From Octopus vulgaris (Eukaryota): a DNA stretch of 64,000 bases. Below the pieces are notes generated by a model. That model did no database searches. It was given only the letters and a program-made list of their open reading frames with translations, and was not told the DNA's origin. Made by a program: the position numbers and the translations under genes. Location of the stretch: NCBI GenBank assembly GCA_951406725.2, contig OX597833.1, positions 55,056,001 through 55,120,000 on the forward strand. The letters run 5' to 3'. Below, one piece after another: positions 37,793 through 50,585 of the stretch (within the stretch, counting starts at the first letter, position 1; the number at the start of each line of letters is the position of its first letter).

Positions 37793-38810
37793 TATGTACA
37801 TATGAATTCAAATCTTGATCAGCAAAACATTATTTTAACGAAAGATGATAAGGTAAATATTTGTGCTTCGTTAAGTGGAACATTTATTTTCTTTTGTCTT
37901 TTATTCCACTAAACTTCTTACAATTTCTGATTACTTTGAAAATTAGCGCAGAAAAGCAAAAAGTAACCTTATTAGAGATATCAACACAAAAGTATAAGCA
38001 CAGTTCTGAATGTAATCATTATATAAATCCTTTGAATGCAAAATAAGGAATTCCTTAAATTGCATATAGTATTTTGCTTCATTTCCTTTTTAAGCATTTT
38101 TTGGTCTCAAACAACACATAAATGGTTGTGGCATTAAAACTGTCACTAACCCAAATTCTTCTTTGTGTTGCATCGTCATGCTTCAGAGCTCCTTAGAAAC
38201 AAAACACTGTTTGCACACATTTCTGTAACGCAAATAACACCTCTGTTTAAACAGCATCCTTCAGAAAAAGCACATCTCATGTACAAACAATGCAGATGAT
38301 CTATCCAGCGCACACAGGTACTTAGATTAACAAGACAACCTCTAGAAACAGCAACCAAAATCCTGTCTCCCCCGATCAAAACCACCACCACTTGACAACT
38401 GATGTTGGCATGTTTACGTCCTGTAACTTAGCAGTTCAGCAAAAGACACCGATAGAATAAGTACTAAGCTTACAGAGAATAAGTTCTGGAGTCAATTTCT
38501 TCAACTAAAACCCTTTAAGGCAGTGCTCCAGCATGTCTGCAGTCAAATGACTGAAACATGTAAAAGAATAATAGAATAACCCTTAATATCTGGCCAAAAT
38601 TTTCTACCTGTTTCGCGTTCAAACTGACCAGATCTGGCTTCTCACACCAACCTTACAATATCATTGTAAAAATTAACAGTGACCTCATCAAAATCTGAAA
38701 GCTACGAGATATTGCATGTTTAATTCAAAACAACGTGAATCGATAAGCATTACTTATGACAGAAAAATGTGAATACTGAAGGGTTAAGCAATTTAATCCT
38801 ACATATACAT

Positions 38811-39210
38811 AGGCGCAGGAGTGGTTTTGTGGTAAGTAGCCTGCTTACCAACCACACGGTTCCGGGTTCAGTCCCATGCGTGACACCTTGGGAAAGTGTC
38901 TTCTACTATAGCCTCGGGCCGACCAAAGTTTTGTGAGTGGATTTGGTAGACGGAAACTGAAAGAAGCCTGTCGTATATATCTATATGTATAAATGTGTGT
39001 GTTTGTGTGTCTGTGTTTGTCCCCCCAACATCGCTTGACAACCGATGCTGGTATGTTTACGTCCCCGTTACTTAGCGGTTCGGCAAAAGAGACCGATAGA
39101 ATAAGTACTAGGCTTACAAAGAATAAGACCTGGGGTCGATTTGCTCGACTAAAAGGCGGTGCCCCAGCATGGCCGCAGTCAAATGACTGAAACACGTAAA
39201 AGAGAAAGAG
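38811..39210 (+). mobile_element. SINE family A, full length
   Basis: Family A consensus. Confidence 0.92.
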
Positions 39211-39439
39211 ATACAGAGTAAATGATAGAAGGATTAATGCCTATGATAAGTGATTCTCAGCTGGGGCTCATATGGCCACTGAGGGTCCATATATAAGATT
39301 TTTATGTCGCACTGTGAGATTGAACCCAAAACCATGTGGCTACACAGTTGTAAAATAAATTCTTTTAACACACAGCCATGCTTGCTCCTATAGTGATTAT
39401 CTAGAATTAGAGTATTTTTTTTGATATTCCTTTTCTTTA

Positions 39440-39840
39440 AGGCGGTGAGCTGGCGGAAATGTTAGCATGCCGGCCGAAATGCTTCATGGTATTTCATCTG
39501 TCATTACATTCTGAGTTCAAATTCTGCCGAGGTCATCTTTGTCTTTCGTCCTTTCGGGGTTGACAAATTAAGTACCAGTTATACACTGGGGTTGATGAAA
39601 TCGACTTTATCCATTTGTCTGTCCTGGTTTGTCCTCTCTGTGTTTAGCCCCTTGTGGGTAGTAAAGAAATAGGTATTTCGCTCGTTGCTACATTCTGAGT
39701 TCAAATTCCGCCGAAGTCATCTTTGTCTTTCATCATTTCAGGGTCGACAAATTAAGTACCAGTTGCATACAGGGGTTGATCTAATCGACTGGGCCCCTGC
39801 CCCCAAAATTTCGGACCTTGGGCCTAGAGTAGAAAAGAAT
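39440..39840 (+). mobile_element. SINE family B, dimeric copy
   Basis: Head plus two bodies with junction aaagaaataggtatttcg. Confidence 0.85.
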
Positions 39841-40431
39841 TTTCCTTTTCTTTGTAAGACAGTGAGCTGGCAGAATCATTAACACTTTGGGGAAAATTCG
39901 TGGTATTTTGTCCATCTTTACATTCTGAATTCGAATTCTACCAAGATCAACTTAGCCGTTCGTCCTTACAGAGTCGATAAAATAAGTACCAGCTAAACAT
40001 TGGAGTTGATTGAATTAGACCTACCCCTCTCCTCAACAATTGCAGGCCTTGTGCCAAAACTTGAAACTAATATTTCTTTTCCTAGTACAACTCTCTCTAA
40101 AACATTTTATGCAATTAAACTGGCTTATATTGTGGCTTCCTGATATTATAATAGGTTGTGTATGTGTATACGCACGTTCAACAGTTATTTTTCAATATGT
40201 ACGAGTCAATATGTTTAATATTTTTTGGCTGTTAAACAAAACCTACAATTTACAGTCCATTAAAAGTCAATTGTTATCATAAACAAAATGATTTTATGTT
40301 TCAATTTTGAATAGAGTTCAGTATTTCCTTTAAAAAAATCTTTTTTGTTTTCCTATACAATTTAGACTGTTAGCAAAATCAACGTATTCTAATTGTATAG
40401 ATGAATTTTAAAGAAAAATGGTATTATTCCA

Positions 40432-40477
<46 letters not shown>

Positions 40478-40724
40478 GGCAGCGAGCTGGCAAAAACGTT
40501 AGCACGCCGGGTGAAATGCATAGCTTTATTTCGCCTGCTGAGTTCTGAGTTCTGAGTTCAAATTCCGCTGAGGTCGACTTTGCCTTTCATCCTTTCGGGG
40601 TCGATAAATTAAGTACCAGCTGCGTACAGGGTCGATCTAATCGACTGGCCCCGCTCCCCCAAAATTTCAGGCTTTGTGCCTAGAGTCGAAAAGATTATTA
40701 TTATTGTTATTATTATTATTATTA

Positions 40725-40784
<60 letters not shown>

Positions 40785-41302
40785 GAGTGTGGCTGTGTGG
40801 TAAGAAGTTTGCTTCTCAACTGCATAGTTCCTGGTTCAGTCCCACTGCAAGGCAACTGTCTTCTACTATAACCCCGGGTCAACCAAAGCCTTATGAGTGG
40901 ATTTGGTAGGAAGAAACTGAAAGAAGCCCATTGTGTGTGTGTGTGTGTGTGTGTGTGTCTGTTTGTCCACCACCACTTGATAACTTGTGTTGATACCCTT
41001 GTCACTTAGCAGTTCAGCAAAAGTGATTGATAGACTAAGTACCAGGTTTAAAAAAAATAAGTGCTGGAGTTGATTCATTCAACTAAAAGTTCTTCAAGGC
41101 ATTGCCCCAGCATGGCCGCAGTCTAATGAATGAAACCAGTAAAAGATACAAGCGTATGTATAGCTGTGTGGGTTAAGACGTTTGCTTTGCAAAACACATG
41201 GATCCAAGTTCAATTCCATGACATAGCAACCTAGACTAAATGTCTTCTATAATTTCAAGTTAACCCATCAGCATTCAGATTATTCTGCCAAATGTATTTG
41301 TT

Positions 41303-41472
41303 CACATTCTGTTGGGTCTGGGGAGAGTCAGTTTCTTTTTGTGCCTTATAATGTAACACACTCACTGGTAAAATTTCCACTTATTTTTATTTTTATGGAA
41401 ATTTTACTTGTGAGTGTCTTAAATTATAAGGCACAAAAAGAAAATGACTCTCCCCAGACACAACAAAATATG
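41303..41472. mobile_element. Foldback/hairpin MITE (~77-bp inverted arms, ~16-bp spacer)
   Basis: gtctggggagagtcagtttctttttgtgccttataat...gtaaaatttcca pairs with tggaaattttac...attataaggcacaaaaagaaaatgactctccccagac. Confidence 0.85.
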
Positions 41473-41694
41473 CTTCAACACACGAACTCATATAAAGAAT
41501 CTTGCAAACCAAACCCCAAAACGAAATATAATAAGCTTTATTCACATTGTTTTCAATTAATCATGCATTATCTTGTAGCTTTGAGTTTTCAGTGTTGTGA
41601 TTGTATATTTTTAGAATGGCATTGTAAGGTAGGTTTAAGAGGCCAGATCTTGATAGTTTGAACATGAAGCAGATAGAATGTTTAGGCCAGATAT

Positions 41695-42257
41695 CTATCT
41701 CTATCTAGGTCGTCCCTCAGGATGTCCCAAGACTGTTTCCACACGTTTTCCCCATTCATCTGGATCTTCCATAATGCTCCTCAGCTCCTGTACCCCTTCC
41801 ATACCAATATCCTCCAGCAAGTTGTCGATATAGGTCGTCTTCTTCCTTCCTCTCTTAGGTCCTCTGTTGGTTGCTAGGGCACTAATTTGTAAGCAATTTC
41901 ATTGGTATGTCTGATGAAGTGTCCAGCAAATACCTTGGTGCGTGGACACAAAGTACTGAAAAAGACATCATAGAAAGGAAAGCTCTTGCCTGGAGCGCAT
42001 GCCATAAATTGAGAAAGGTATGGAGTTCAAAGTTAGCAAGGAAATTGAAAGTGAGATTGTTTCTGGCAACAGTGGAGTCTGTTCTTCTATACGGGGCTGA
42101 AACATGGATGCTTGCTAAAGCATTGAAGAAGCAGTTGGATGGTTGTTATATGAGGGTGCTTAGAATGGCATTCAATGTCTCCTGGAAGAGTCATACAGCA
42201 AACGCCGACTTATACCAGGAACTACCAAAAGTGACATTGAAGATACAGCATAGAAGC
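41695..42257 (-). mobile_element. RTE-clade LINE, 5'-truncated with 5' inversion; 9-bp TSD
   Basis: Minus 41930-41695 reads LAGHFIRHTNEIAYKLV.*QPTE..KRGRKKTTYIDNLLEDIG..ELRSIMED..EW..GRPR* plus an (AGAT)n tail. Plus 41928-42257 reads KYLGAW..DIIERKALAWSACHKLRKVW..VRLFLATVESVLLYGAETW..KIQHR. TSD gccagatat at 41686-41694 and 42258-42266. Confidence 0.9.
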
Positions 42258-43170
42258 GCCAGATATGGCTGATTTAAATCCTAAAGAGTCACACAATACT
42301 TTTAATGAGTGGAATTTGGTTGATGGAAACTGTGCAGAAGCTCATTTTGTGTGTGTGTGTCTTTGTGGCTGTTTCCCCCTCCCCACCACCACCACCACCA
42401 CTTGATAACTGGTGTTGCTGTGTTTATGTCCCTATAACTTAGCAATTCGGCAAAAAAGACCGATAGAATGGTTTAAAAGGGTAATAAATACTGGGATTGA
42501 TTAGTTTGACTAAAATTTCTCGGGGTGGTGCCCCAGCGTGGCCACAGTCTAATTGATGAAACGAGCAAAAGATAAAGAGGCAGCAGTATAGCTGTGTGGT
42601 TTAGAAGTTTGTTTCAGAACCTTTGGTTCAGAAGTTCAATCCCACTTCATGGACATTGTTGGTTGTCGTCCTCTGACTATAGCCTTGGTTGACCAATACC
42701 TTGTGAGTATAATTGGTAGATCATGTGATCACTTGACCGACCAGGCTGTCAGATGTTGTTACACATCGCTGGTCACTGGGCACTTTTTGCCTTTTTGCAT
42801 TGTTTTAGCCTTCAAATGATGCCACCCTGCTGGCGAGGTGAGCAGGCCAAGGATACCCTCTGATTGAAGTGGGGTCTGGAGTAATGTGAAATGAAGTGTT
42901 TTGCTCAAGAACACATCGTGCCACTCAGTTGGAATCGAACCCACGATCTAGTGATCGTGAGCGCAACAGCCTAACCGCTAGGTCACACGCCTTCACAGTT
43001 GGTAGATGAAAACTGGTAAAAGCCTGTCGTGTGTTTCAGTCTGTGTGTCTGTTGGGGGTGGGGAAGCATGTGCACACATGCATGAGTTCATATTCTCTCT
43101 TAACTCTACATATTTGCTGATCATAGACGTGAACTTCACACTTCAAACAGACAGTGTGATGTGCGTGCAG

Positions 43171-43413
43171 TCAACTGTGAAAGCATGTGCCAAGTTTCTT
43201 GACATGTCTCGGCATGTTGCGCGATCGCTGGCAAGCAAAATGCTCACCATTCATGCACATGAGGATGCACATTTCTGATACTCTATCTAACCATGTGTGT
43301 TCTGTTCTTGGTTCGATAAGCCGATGCAGTGTCATTAACTTTGTTTGGAACATCTCGATATCCTCAGACATCCTAGAGACGTCGACTTGTAAAGCTTGCA
43401 GCAGTTTACTCTT
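43171..43413 (-). CDS. Candidate coding exon (coiled-coil-like), protein unidentified
   Basis: Strong acceptor ttttgttttggtgcctttAG; open frame KSKLLQALQVDVSRMSEDIEMFQTKLMTLHRLIEPRTEHTWLDRVSEMCILMCMNG... Ends either at donor atg|GTGAGC (43248) or at the stop at 43171-43173. Confidence 0.5.
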   Translation of the reverse strand, partial: KSKLLQALQVDVSRMSEDIEMFQTKLMTLHRLIEPRTEHTWLDRVSEMCILMCMNGEHFACQRSRNMPRHVKKLGTCFHS

Positions 43414-43810
43414 CTAAAGGCACCAAAACAAAATCAGGAATCAGTGTTAAACCTTGTGACAGGATTCTCTCAAACAGCCCCTTCTATACACTTAACAGAA
43501 TTTGTGTTTCTGGTCCTATGTCTGACCACGAAGGTTCATGTAACCAAACTGGAACTAAACTAACTTTCAAGTGAAAATAATGGTTTTGTTGTTAAATACT
43601 GCTTCAGTGTCAGTCCAGCTCTGATTCGAGATGATTTATGATCAAAAGCATACCAACCTTGGCAATCCCATCTTAGTTTTCTTCCGGCAGGTATATTTAA
43701 CACTTTTTCTTTATGTAGTTTTATTGAAATACGCCCTTTTATTTTAATTAATTTTGAAACATGTTTCTCCTTTACAGCGGCACACCTGTTTCTGTCCTCA
43801 TTCTTGTTAA

Positions 43811-43841
<31 letters not shown>

Positions 43842-43929
43842 CCCTGGCCTGGTTATCATGTATATCCTTTACAATAAGACACCTGTTTCTGGCTCTCTGT
43901 CTCTGTCATGTTCTCACCCTTCATCATCC

Positions 43930-44345
43930 TATTTCTTTATTGCCCACAAGGGGCTAAACATAGAGCGGACAAACAAGGACAGACAAAGGGGTTAAGTCGA
44001 ATACATCGACTCCAGTGCGTAACTGGTACTTAATTTATCAACCCTGAAAGGATGAAAGGCAAAGTCGACCTCGGCAGAATTTGAACTCAGAACTTAACGG
44101 CAGACAAAATACCTATTTTTTGACTACCCACAAGGGGCTAAACACAGAGGGGACAAACAAGGACAGACAAACGGATTAAGTCGAGTATATCAACCCCAGT
44201 TCGTAACTGGTACTTAATTTATCGACCCCGAAAGGATGAAAGGCAAAGTCGAACTCGGCAGAATTTGAACTCAGAACGTAACGGCAGACAAAATACCGCT
44301 AAGCATTTCATCCGGCGTGCTAACGTGTCTGCCAGCTCGCCGCCT
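43930..44345 (-). mobile_element. SINE family B, dimeric copy
   Basis: Family B consensus. Confidence 0.9.
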
Positions 44346-45074
44346 TATTCTCACCCTTCATTATCTGACACAAGCTCACCTCTTCTAATGCCACCCTCCC
44401 ATCTCAAAAATTCCTTGTCTTGCAAGTTACTTGGTGACCCTGGTACCACATAAAAAGCATGAAATCCACACCGTAAAGTGGTTGACATTTGGAAGGGCAT
44501 CCACCTATAAAAAACCATGCCAAAACTGACTTCGTCTGTGCTAGGGTTAACATGGCCCTTACACAAACCACTAAGAGGATCATGATAGTATGTTTGCAAG
44601 ATCCTCGTGGCCCTCTGGTGGATTGCCTCATTATTTCTTTTCTATATTTTATTGTTTTCCTTTCCTTTTTTTTCCTTTTCATTTTTTCAATTATATCACA
44701 TTGAGTTTGACCATGTAAAGCGATAAAATAAAAGAAAATATAATTATCAAAGCAGAAGAGAACGAAAAACATTTTAGTTACCTTGGAAACCAAAATAGTG
44801 TGTTGTTTTTGTTCTTTTTCGAAAAACAAAAACACAAAAAAAAAATGTACATTCCAACACCAGTCGAAAATATCCAAGAATTTGAATTTACCTCTTTGAT
44901 CAACAAAGAGGGTCTAGATTTTAATATGAATGTAGGTGGCAAATAATCCACCAGTGGATCGTGGGTAAAAAAACATTAAACATGATATTTGCCTCACATA
45001 TCATATAGTAAAAGATATATAGTGGAAGAAGATCTCTGTTCCTATAACCTGTGTTAATTCTTTAACCCTTTAAA

Positions 45075-45460
45075 ATGGAAGATAAGAAAGTTCATTTTCA
45101 GCACTTGATGCTTTGGGAACCAGACAAAATTTGCTGCAGCTTGGCTGAGATGTGTTACCCCTCCCTCCATATTCACCAGATATTGCTCCTTTGGATTTCC
45201 ACTTATTCAGGTCTCTTCAGAATAGTTTTAATGGTAAAAATTTCAATTCCTTGGATGACGTAAAAGGATACCTTGATGAATTCTTTGCCACAAAACCACC
45301 TCAATTCTGGGAAGGGGATATTTTCAAGTTAAAGGAAAGGTGGAGATACATTGTGCAACAAAATGTTTCAAATTTGGTTGATTAAAATTGTAATGGCAAG
45401 TATTTATTGACCTTTTTCTTTCCTTTAAAAATCGGCACAAACTTTCCGAACAACCCAATA
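45075..45460 (+). pseudogene. Internally deleted mariner transposase relic with right TIR
   Basis: N-terminus MEDKKVHFQHLML fused to C-terminal VLPLPPYSPDIAPLDFHLFRSLQNSFNGKNFNSLDDVKGYLDEFFATKPPQFWEGDIFKLKERWRYIVQQN; TIR aactttccgaacaacccaa-TA; same family as 19071-19390. Confidence 0.9.
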
Positions 45461-45919
45461 TTTAATTATAAAAATACAATAGGTTCTTTTAAACATCAAA
45501 TGGCCTGGAGGGTCCTCCCAAGTGAAATAGAAATCAAAGGGGTCTATACATAAAAAATGGTTAAGAACCCCTGAGTTAATGTATGGGCAGTAACCTTGGT
45601 GGCAAGATGTCAGTCGAGGGTTTGATGAGTGGTGTTTGGCGATAGTCGTAGCATGGGCTGTGATGGCTATGCAGTGGTAGATGAGAAAAAATTGTGGGCT
45701 GTTACTGTTGTAGTGGTGTGATAGTGGTGGTAATGGCAGTAGTATTCACAGTGGTGTCGATGGTGGTGGTGGTGACATTAATATTCACAATAGTGGATGG
45801 TAGTAGTGGTGGCCATGGTGATGATTATAGGAATAATGGTGTTGTTTTTCTATATTGACAGCAAATAAGTTGCATTTTAACTTAGCTATTGTGAAGATTT
45901 GAATTTATTTATCTATTTA

Positions 45920-45934
45920 TGGTGTGTATGTATG

Positions 45935-45973
<39 letters not shown>

Positions 45974-46148
45974 ATATATATGTGTGTGTGTGTGTGTATA
46001 TATATATGTATATATGTGTGTGTGTATATATGTATATGTGTGTGTGTGTATATATATATGTATATATATGTGTGTGTATATATATATATGTATATGTGTG
46101 TGTGTATATATATATGTGTGTGTGTATATATGTATATGTGTGTATATA

Positions 46149-46181
<33 letters not shown>

Positions 46182-46190
46182 GTGTGTCTG

Positions 46191-46237
<47 letters not shown>

Positions 46238-46293
46238 ATGTGTCTGTGTATATATGTTTGTGTGTGTATGTTTATATATATATAGATATATAT
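45920..46293. repeat. (TG)n/(TA)n microsatellite
   Basis: Directly visible. Confidence 0.97.
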
Positions 46294-46639
46294 AATTGTG
46301 TTTTATTCTTTCACAGAAAACAATACAATAACACCTTTGTTTCTATAAGGCTGTGGGGGAAAAACAAACACCTTTTGAATAGTCATTATACTTTCACCTG
46401 TTCTCCCCCCCCCTCTCTCCCTCATTCTATTTTCCACTATGACCTCCACCTTTTTCCATTTCCTTTAAGCTGACTTTTTAAAATCTTTGTATCATTCTTA
46501 TCATTTTTTCCCTACATTTTTTTAGTTATTTTTCTCTATATCCTTTTCCCTCTCCATCACTAGATTCTCCCCTCTTTCATTCCATCTTTTTTTTTTGTCT
46601 GTTCCTTTTCCTTTTCCTTTTCCTTTTCTTTGTCTCTTT

Positions 46640-47420
46640 CTCTCTGTCTCTCTGTGTTATTCTCTTTTTTGCTTTCTCTATCTGTCTCCATCCATTTCAT
46701 CTCTCTTTCATTTCACCGTCTCCTTTATATATTTTGTTGTCTATTCCTCTCATTCGTTATCCCATTCTTTCTCTATCTTTCTCTTTCTCTCTCCCTCTCT
46801 CTCTCTCTTTCTCTCTCCCCCTCTCTCTCCCCCTCTCTCTCTCTCTCTCTGTCTTTCTCTTTCTATTTGTCTTTCTGTGTCTGTCTCCATCCATTCATCT
46901 CTCTTTCACCGGCTCCTTTATATATTTTGTTGTCTATTCCTCTCATTCGTTATCCCATTCTTTCTCTATCTTTCTCTTTCTCTCTCCCTCTCTCTCTCTC
47001 TTTCTCTCCCCTCTCTCTCCCCCCCTCTCTCTGTCTTTCTCTTTCTATTTGTCTTTCTGTGTCTGTCTCCATCCATTTATCTCTCTTTCACCAGCTCCTT
47101 TATTTTGTTGTCTGTTCCTCCCATTCATTATCCCATTCTTTCTCTCTCTCTCTCTCTCTCTTCCTCTCTCTCTCCCTCTCCCCCTCTCTCCATCTCTCTC
47201 TCTGTCTTTCTCTTTCTATTCGTCTTTCTGTGTCTGTCTCCATCCATTTATCTCTCTATCACCGGCTCCTTTATTTTGTTGTCTATTCCTCCCATTCTCC
47301 CTCTTTCTCTCTCTCTCTGTCTCTCTCCGTCTCTCTCTCTCTCTCTCTTTTTCTATTTGTCTTTCCGTATCTGTCTCCATCTATCCATCTCTACCTTTAT
47401 GCCCATCTTTCTATCTCCAT
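46640..47420. repeat. CT-rich minisatellite, ~4 units of ~180-190 bp
   Basis: Recurring tctgtctccatccatt..tctctctttcacc.gctcctttat..tttgttgtctattcct at ~46681, 46880, 47061 and 47233. Confidence 0.9.
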
Positions 47421-48577
47421 CTCCCCCAACTTCTCACTCATCCACAACACAGTAATTTTATTCTGACATTTCAAGTGTATTTTGTTCACTTGTTGAAATT
47501 CTTGAGAACGTCTAACTTAAGCTGGCAATGAGCAGCAATTAGCTTGATGTGTTTTTAGTTCCTTGTCATTGTAACAGACAAGCACTTATTGTCAATTGGT
47601 CTCTAGAAATTTACTGGACGCACTTTTTACTTTCTTTTTCCATATTCATGTAAAGTAGCCATCTGATATGAGGAGTGAAGGGAGGAGAAGTACAATTTAA
47701 GATGTTTTCTTAGAGAATTGCATCTCCATCCTACCCTTCCTCATCTTCCTCCTTTGGCAAGAATTGTAAGAGTATTTATTTCTTTACTACCCACAAGGGG
47801 CTAAACACAGAGAGGACAAACAAGGACAGACAAACGGATTAGGTCGATTATTTCGACCCCAGTGCGTAACTGGTACTTAATTTATCGACCCCCGAAAGAA
47901 TGAAAGGCAAAGTCGACCACGGCAGAATTTGAACCCAGAACGTAACGGCAGATGAAATTCAGCTACGCATTTCGCCCGGCGTGCTACCAGTTCTGCCAGC
48001 TCGCCGCCATGTAAGAGTATTGCAGTATTTGTCCAGGCTCTTTATGTTCTGAGTTAGAATCCCTCTGAGGTCAGTGTTGGCTTTCATCTTTTCACCGTTA
48101 CTAAAATAAAGTAGCAGTCCGACACTGGGATCAGTTTAATTGACTAACCTCTGATCCCTAAATTTTCGGGCTTTGTGTTTATGTCAGAGACAATTATTAT
48201 TACATTCCAAGTTGAAATGCTGCTGAGGTTAGCTTTGCCTTTCATCCTTTCAGGGTTGCTAAAATAAGTATTACTGGGGGGGGGAGGGGTCGATGTAATG
48301 GTCTTACCCTGCCTCTCCCAAAATTGCTGGCCTTGTGCCAAAAATTTGAAACCATTGCTATTATATTATTACTATTATTATTATTATCATCATCATAATT
48401 ATTATTATCATTATCATTATTAGGGCAGCAAGCTGGCACAATTGTCAAATTTGTCTTTCGTTCTTTTGGTGTTCATGAAATAAGTACCAGTTACACACTG
48501 GGGTCAATGTAATTGACCTCAAAATTTCAAGCCTTGTGCCTATAGTAGAAAGGATTATTATTATTATTATTATTATT

Positions 48578-49127
48578 GAGTGAGAGAGCAGTGCGTGCCT
48601 TAAAGTGACACTGGGGTAAAATATACAAAGCCCAGTGTACCCATCATGACTATCTCTAATAAGGGTACACCAGGCACATGCATGATAACCATATGTGTAT
48701 GACATAGTGATCTCATCTCAAGGCAAACAGCACATAACCTTGCAGGTGGGGCCCAGTTACAATTTTTTTCAGGTCGAGTAGCCCATCCTGTTCAAAAGGT
48801 CCCTGAATAAGCATTGTTTAAGGATGTTGAATGAAACACCCATGTTTTCCGAGATGAATTATCCAAACCCTAAAGAATTCCTCTCAACACATGGCTATGA
48901 TGCTCCCACACTACTTCTGCTCATGATCAGAGATGCACATATCGTCAGCCACTAGGGGACATGCTCAACTGGTTATGGTCAAACAACTAACAAAAAAATT
49001 CTGTGGTATTGAGCAGAATATTTGCTGTAGCCCATTTTTTATACCAAGACAAAACAATGTACATGATAACATTTCCAATCAGTTAAGATCAGAAGCCATG
49101 GGAACCACTGCCTGGTATTGCATCCAG
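48578..49127 (+). mobile_element. Unclassified repeat family F, longest copy
   Basis: Flanked by (ATT)n; homologous to 19391-19800. Confidence 0.65.
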
Positions 49128-49257
49128 TAATATTATTATTATTATTATTAATTATTATTAATTATTCATTATTACTTATTCGTTATTAAGAGTGATGGAT
49201 TGACTAAACCCCTAGAGCATTTGAAGGAAATACCTTGTATTATTTTGTTTGGCTCTC

Positions 49258-49630
49258 TTTATCTGTTTCAGTCATTTGACTGCGGCCATGTTGGAGCACC
49301 ACCTTTAGTCGAGCAAATCGACCCGGTACTTATTCTTTGTAAGCCTAGTACTTATTCTACCAGTCTTTTTTGCTGAACCGCTAAGTTACGGGGACGTAAA
49401 CACACCAGCATCGGGGACAAACACAGACACGCAAACATATACATACACATACATATATATATACATATATAAGACGGGCTTCTTCCAGTTTCTGTCTACC
49501 AAATCCACTCACAAGGCTTTGGTCGACCCGAGGCTATAGTAGAAGACACTTGCTCAAGGTGCCACACAGTGGGAATGAACCCGGAACCATGTGGTTCGTA
49601 AGCAAGCTACTTACCACACAGCCACTCCTG
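49258..49630 (-). mobile_element. SINE family A
   Basis: Family A consensus with a small internal deletion. Confidence 0.9.
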
Positions 49631-50078
49631 GTTCCTATCATTCTGAAGTCATCTTTGTCTTTAATCCTTCCAGACTCAATAAAATACCAGTCATGTACTG
49701 GCATCGATGGTTTTGATTTCCCAGCTCCTTAAAATTGCTGGCATTGTGCCTAAATTAGAAATTATTTTTGTTTTTGTTGATTTTGGCATTGAATAATTAT
49801 TACTCGCACTCTGCTAGTTATGACAGTGAAGGTTCCAGTTGATTTAGTCAACGGGGCAGTGCCTGTGAAATTAATGTGCAAGTGGATGAGTACCCCACAG
49901 ACGGGGATACCCTTAATGTAGTTCTCAGGAGTTGCAAATGTAGCCTGAGAAATCTGGACATTTTTTTTGGTTATGCTCCATAGCATAAAAAAAAGGGCTA
50001 ATTTATTATTCTTTGTTATTATTGGGGATTCTAATTATTTATTTGTGAATATGCATAAGAACTTGCAGGTATGTGTAC

Positions 50079-50153
50079 CTCAAGGAAATGGTATCTTTGT
50101 GAGGCAAGAGTATTCGTGTTGGGTAGATCTGCTGAATTCCTTCCTTATTATTC
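50079..50153 (-). CDS. Candidate 75-nt exon (phase 2-2)
   Basis: ttctggattcAG | (R)NNKEGIQQIYPTRILLPHKDTISL(R) | GTacac; phase-compatible with 52686-52757; moderate splice sites. Confidence 0.25.
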
Positions 50154-50496
50154 CTGAATCCAGAAATATCTTGTGTGAACATTAAAAGCGTGAAATAAGT
50201 CTTAGAGCTTAAAGGATTAACACCACAGAGGTTGGAATTTAAATACCATCTCTGGGTTTTATGAAAGGATTTACTTTTAACCTCGTTTTGCTACCGTTTC
50301 TGAGAATCTCTCTGACCAGCGTTATTTGTTTAGTCGAATTTCTATAAACAAAATACACCACATTCACCAACAACTGTGACCTACACACATTTTCTGGTTA
50401 TTTTCCCAAGAGATGTTCAACCTGTTTTTTTTTTGTTTTTTTGCTTTTTTTTCTGTTTTTTTTTTGTTTGTTTTTTTATTATCCTTGATGCCACAG

Positions 50497-50585
50497 CGTG
50501 TATCTCAGCATATAGTCATACAGTCATACAATGGCAGATCGGTGACACTAATTGAAGGACCTGGAATGCGAACTATTAAAAGGTT
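50497..50585 (+). CDS. Candidate coding exon, protein unidentified
   Basis: Long T tract plus ccacAG acceptor; RVSQHIVIQSYNGRSVTLIEGPGMRTIKR; followed by GTAAGT (donor) overlapping an in-frame TAA. Confidence 0.45.

Noticed and set aside
38176-38341. Cys-rich minus-strand exon continuing the 43-kb exon
   Set aside because: Its open frame needs phase 2 while the 43248 donor is phase 1, and the acceptor abuts a SINE fragment; insufficient support.
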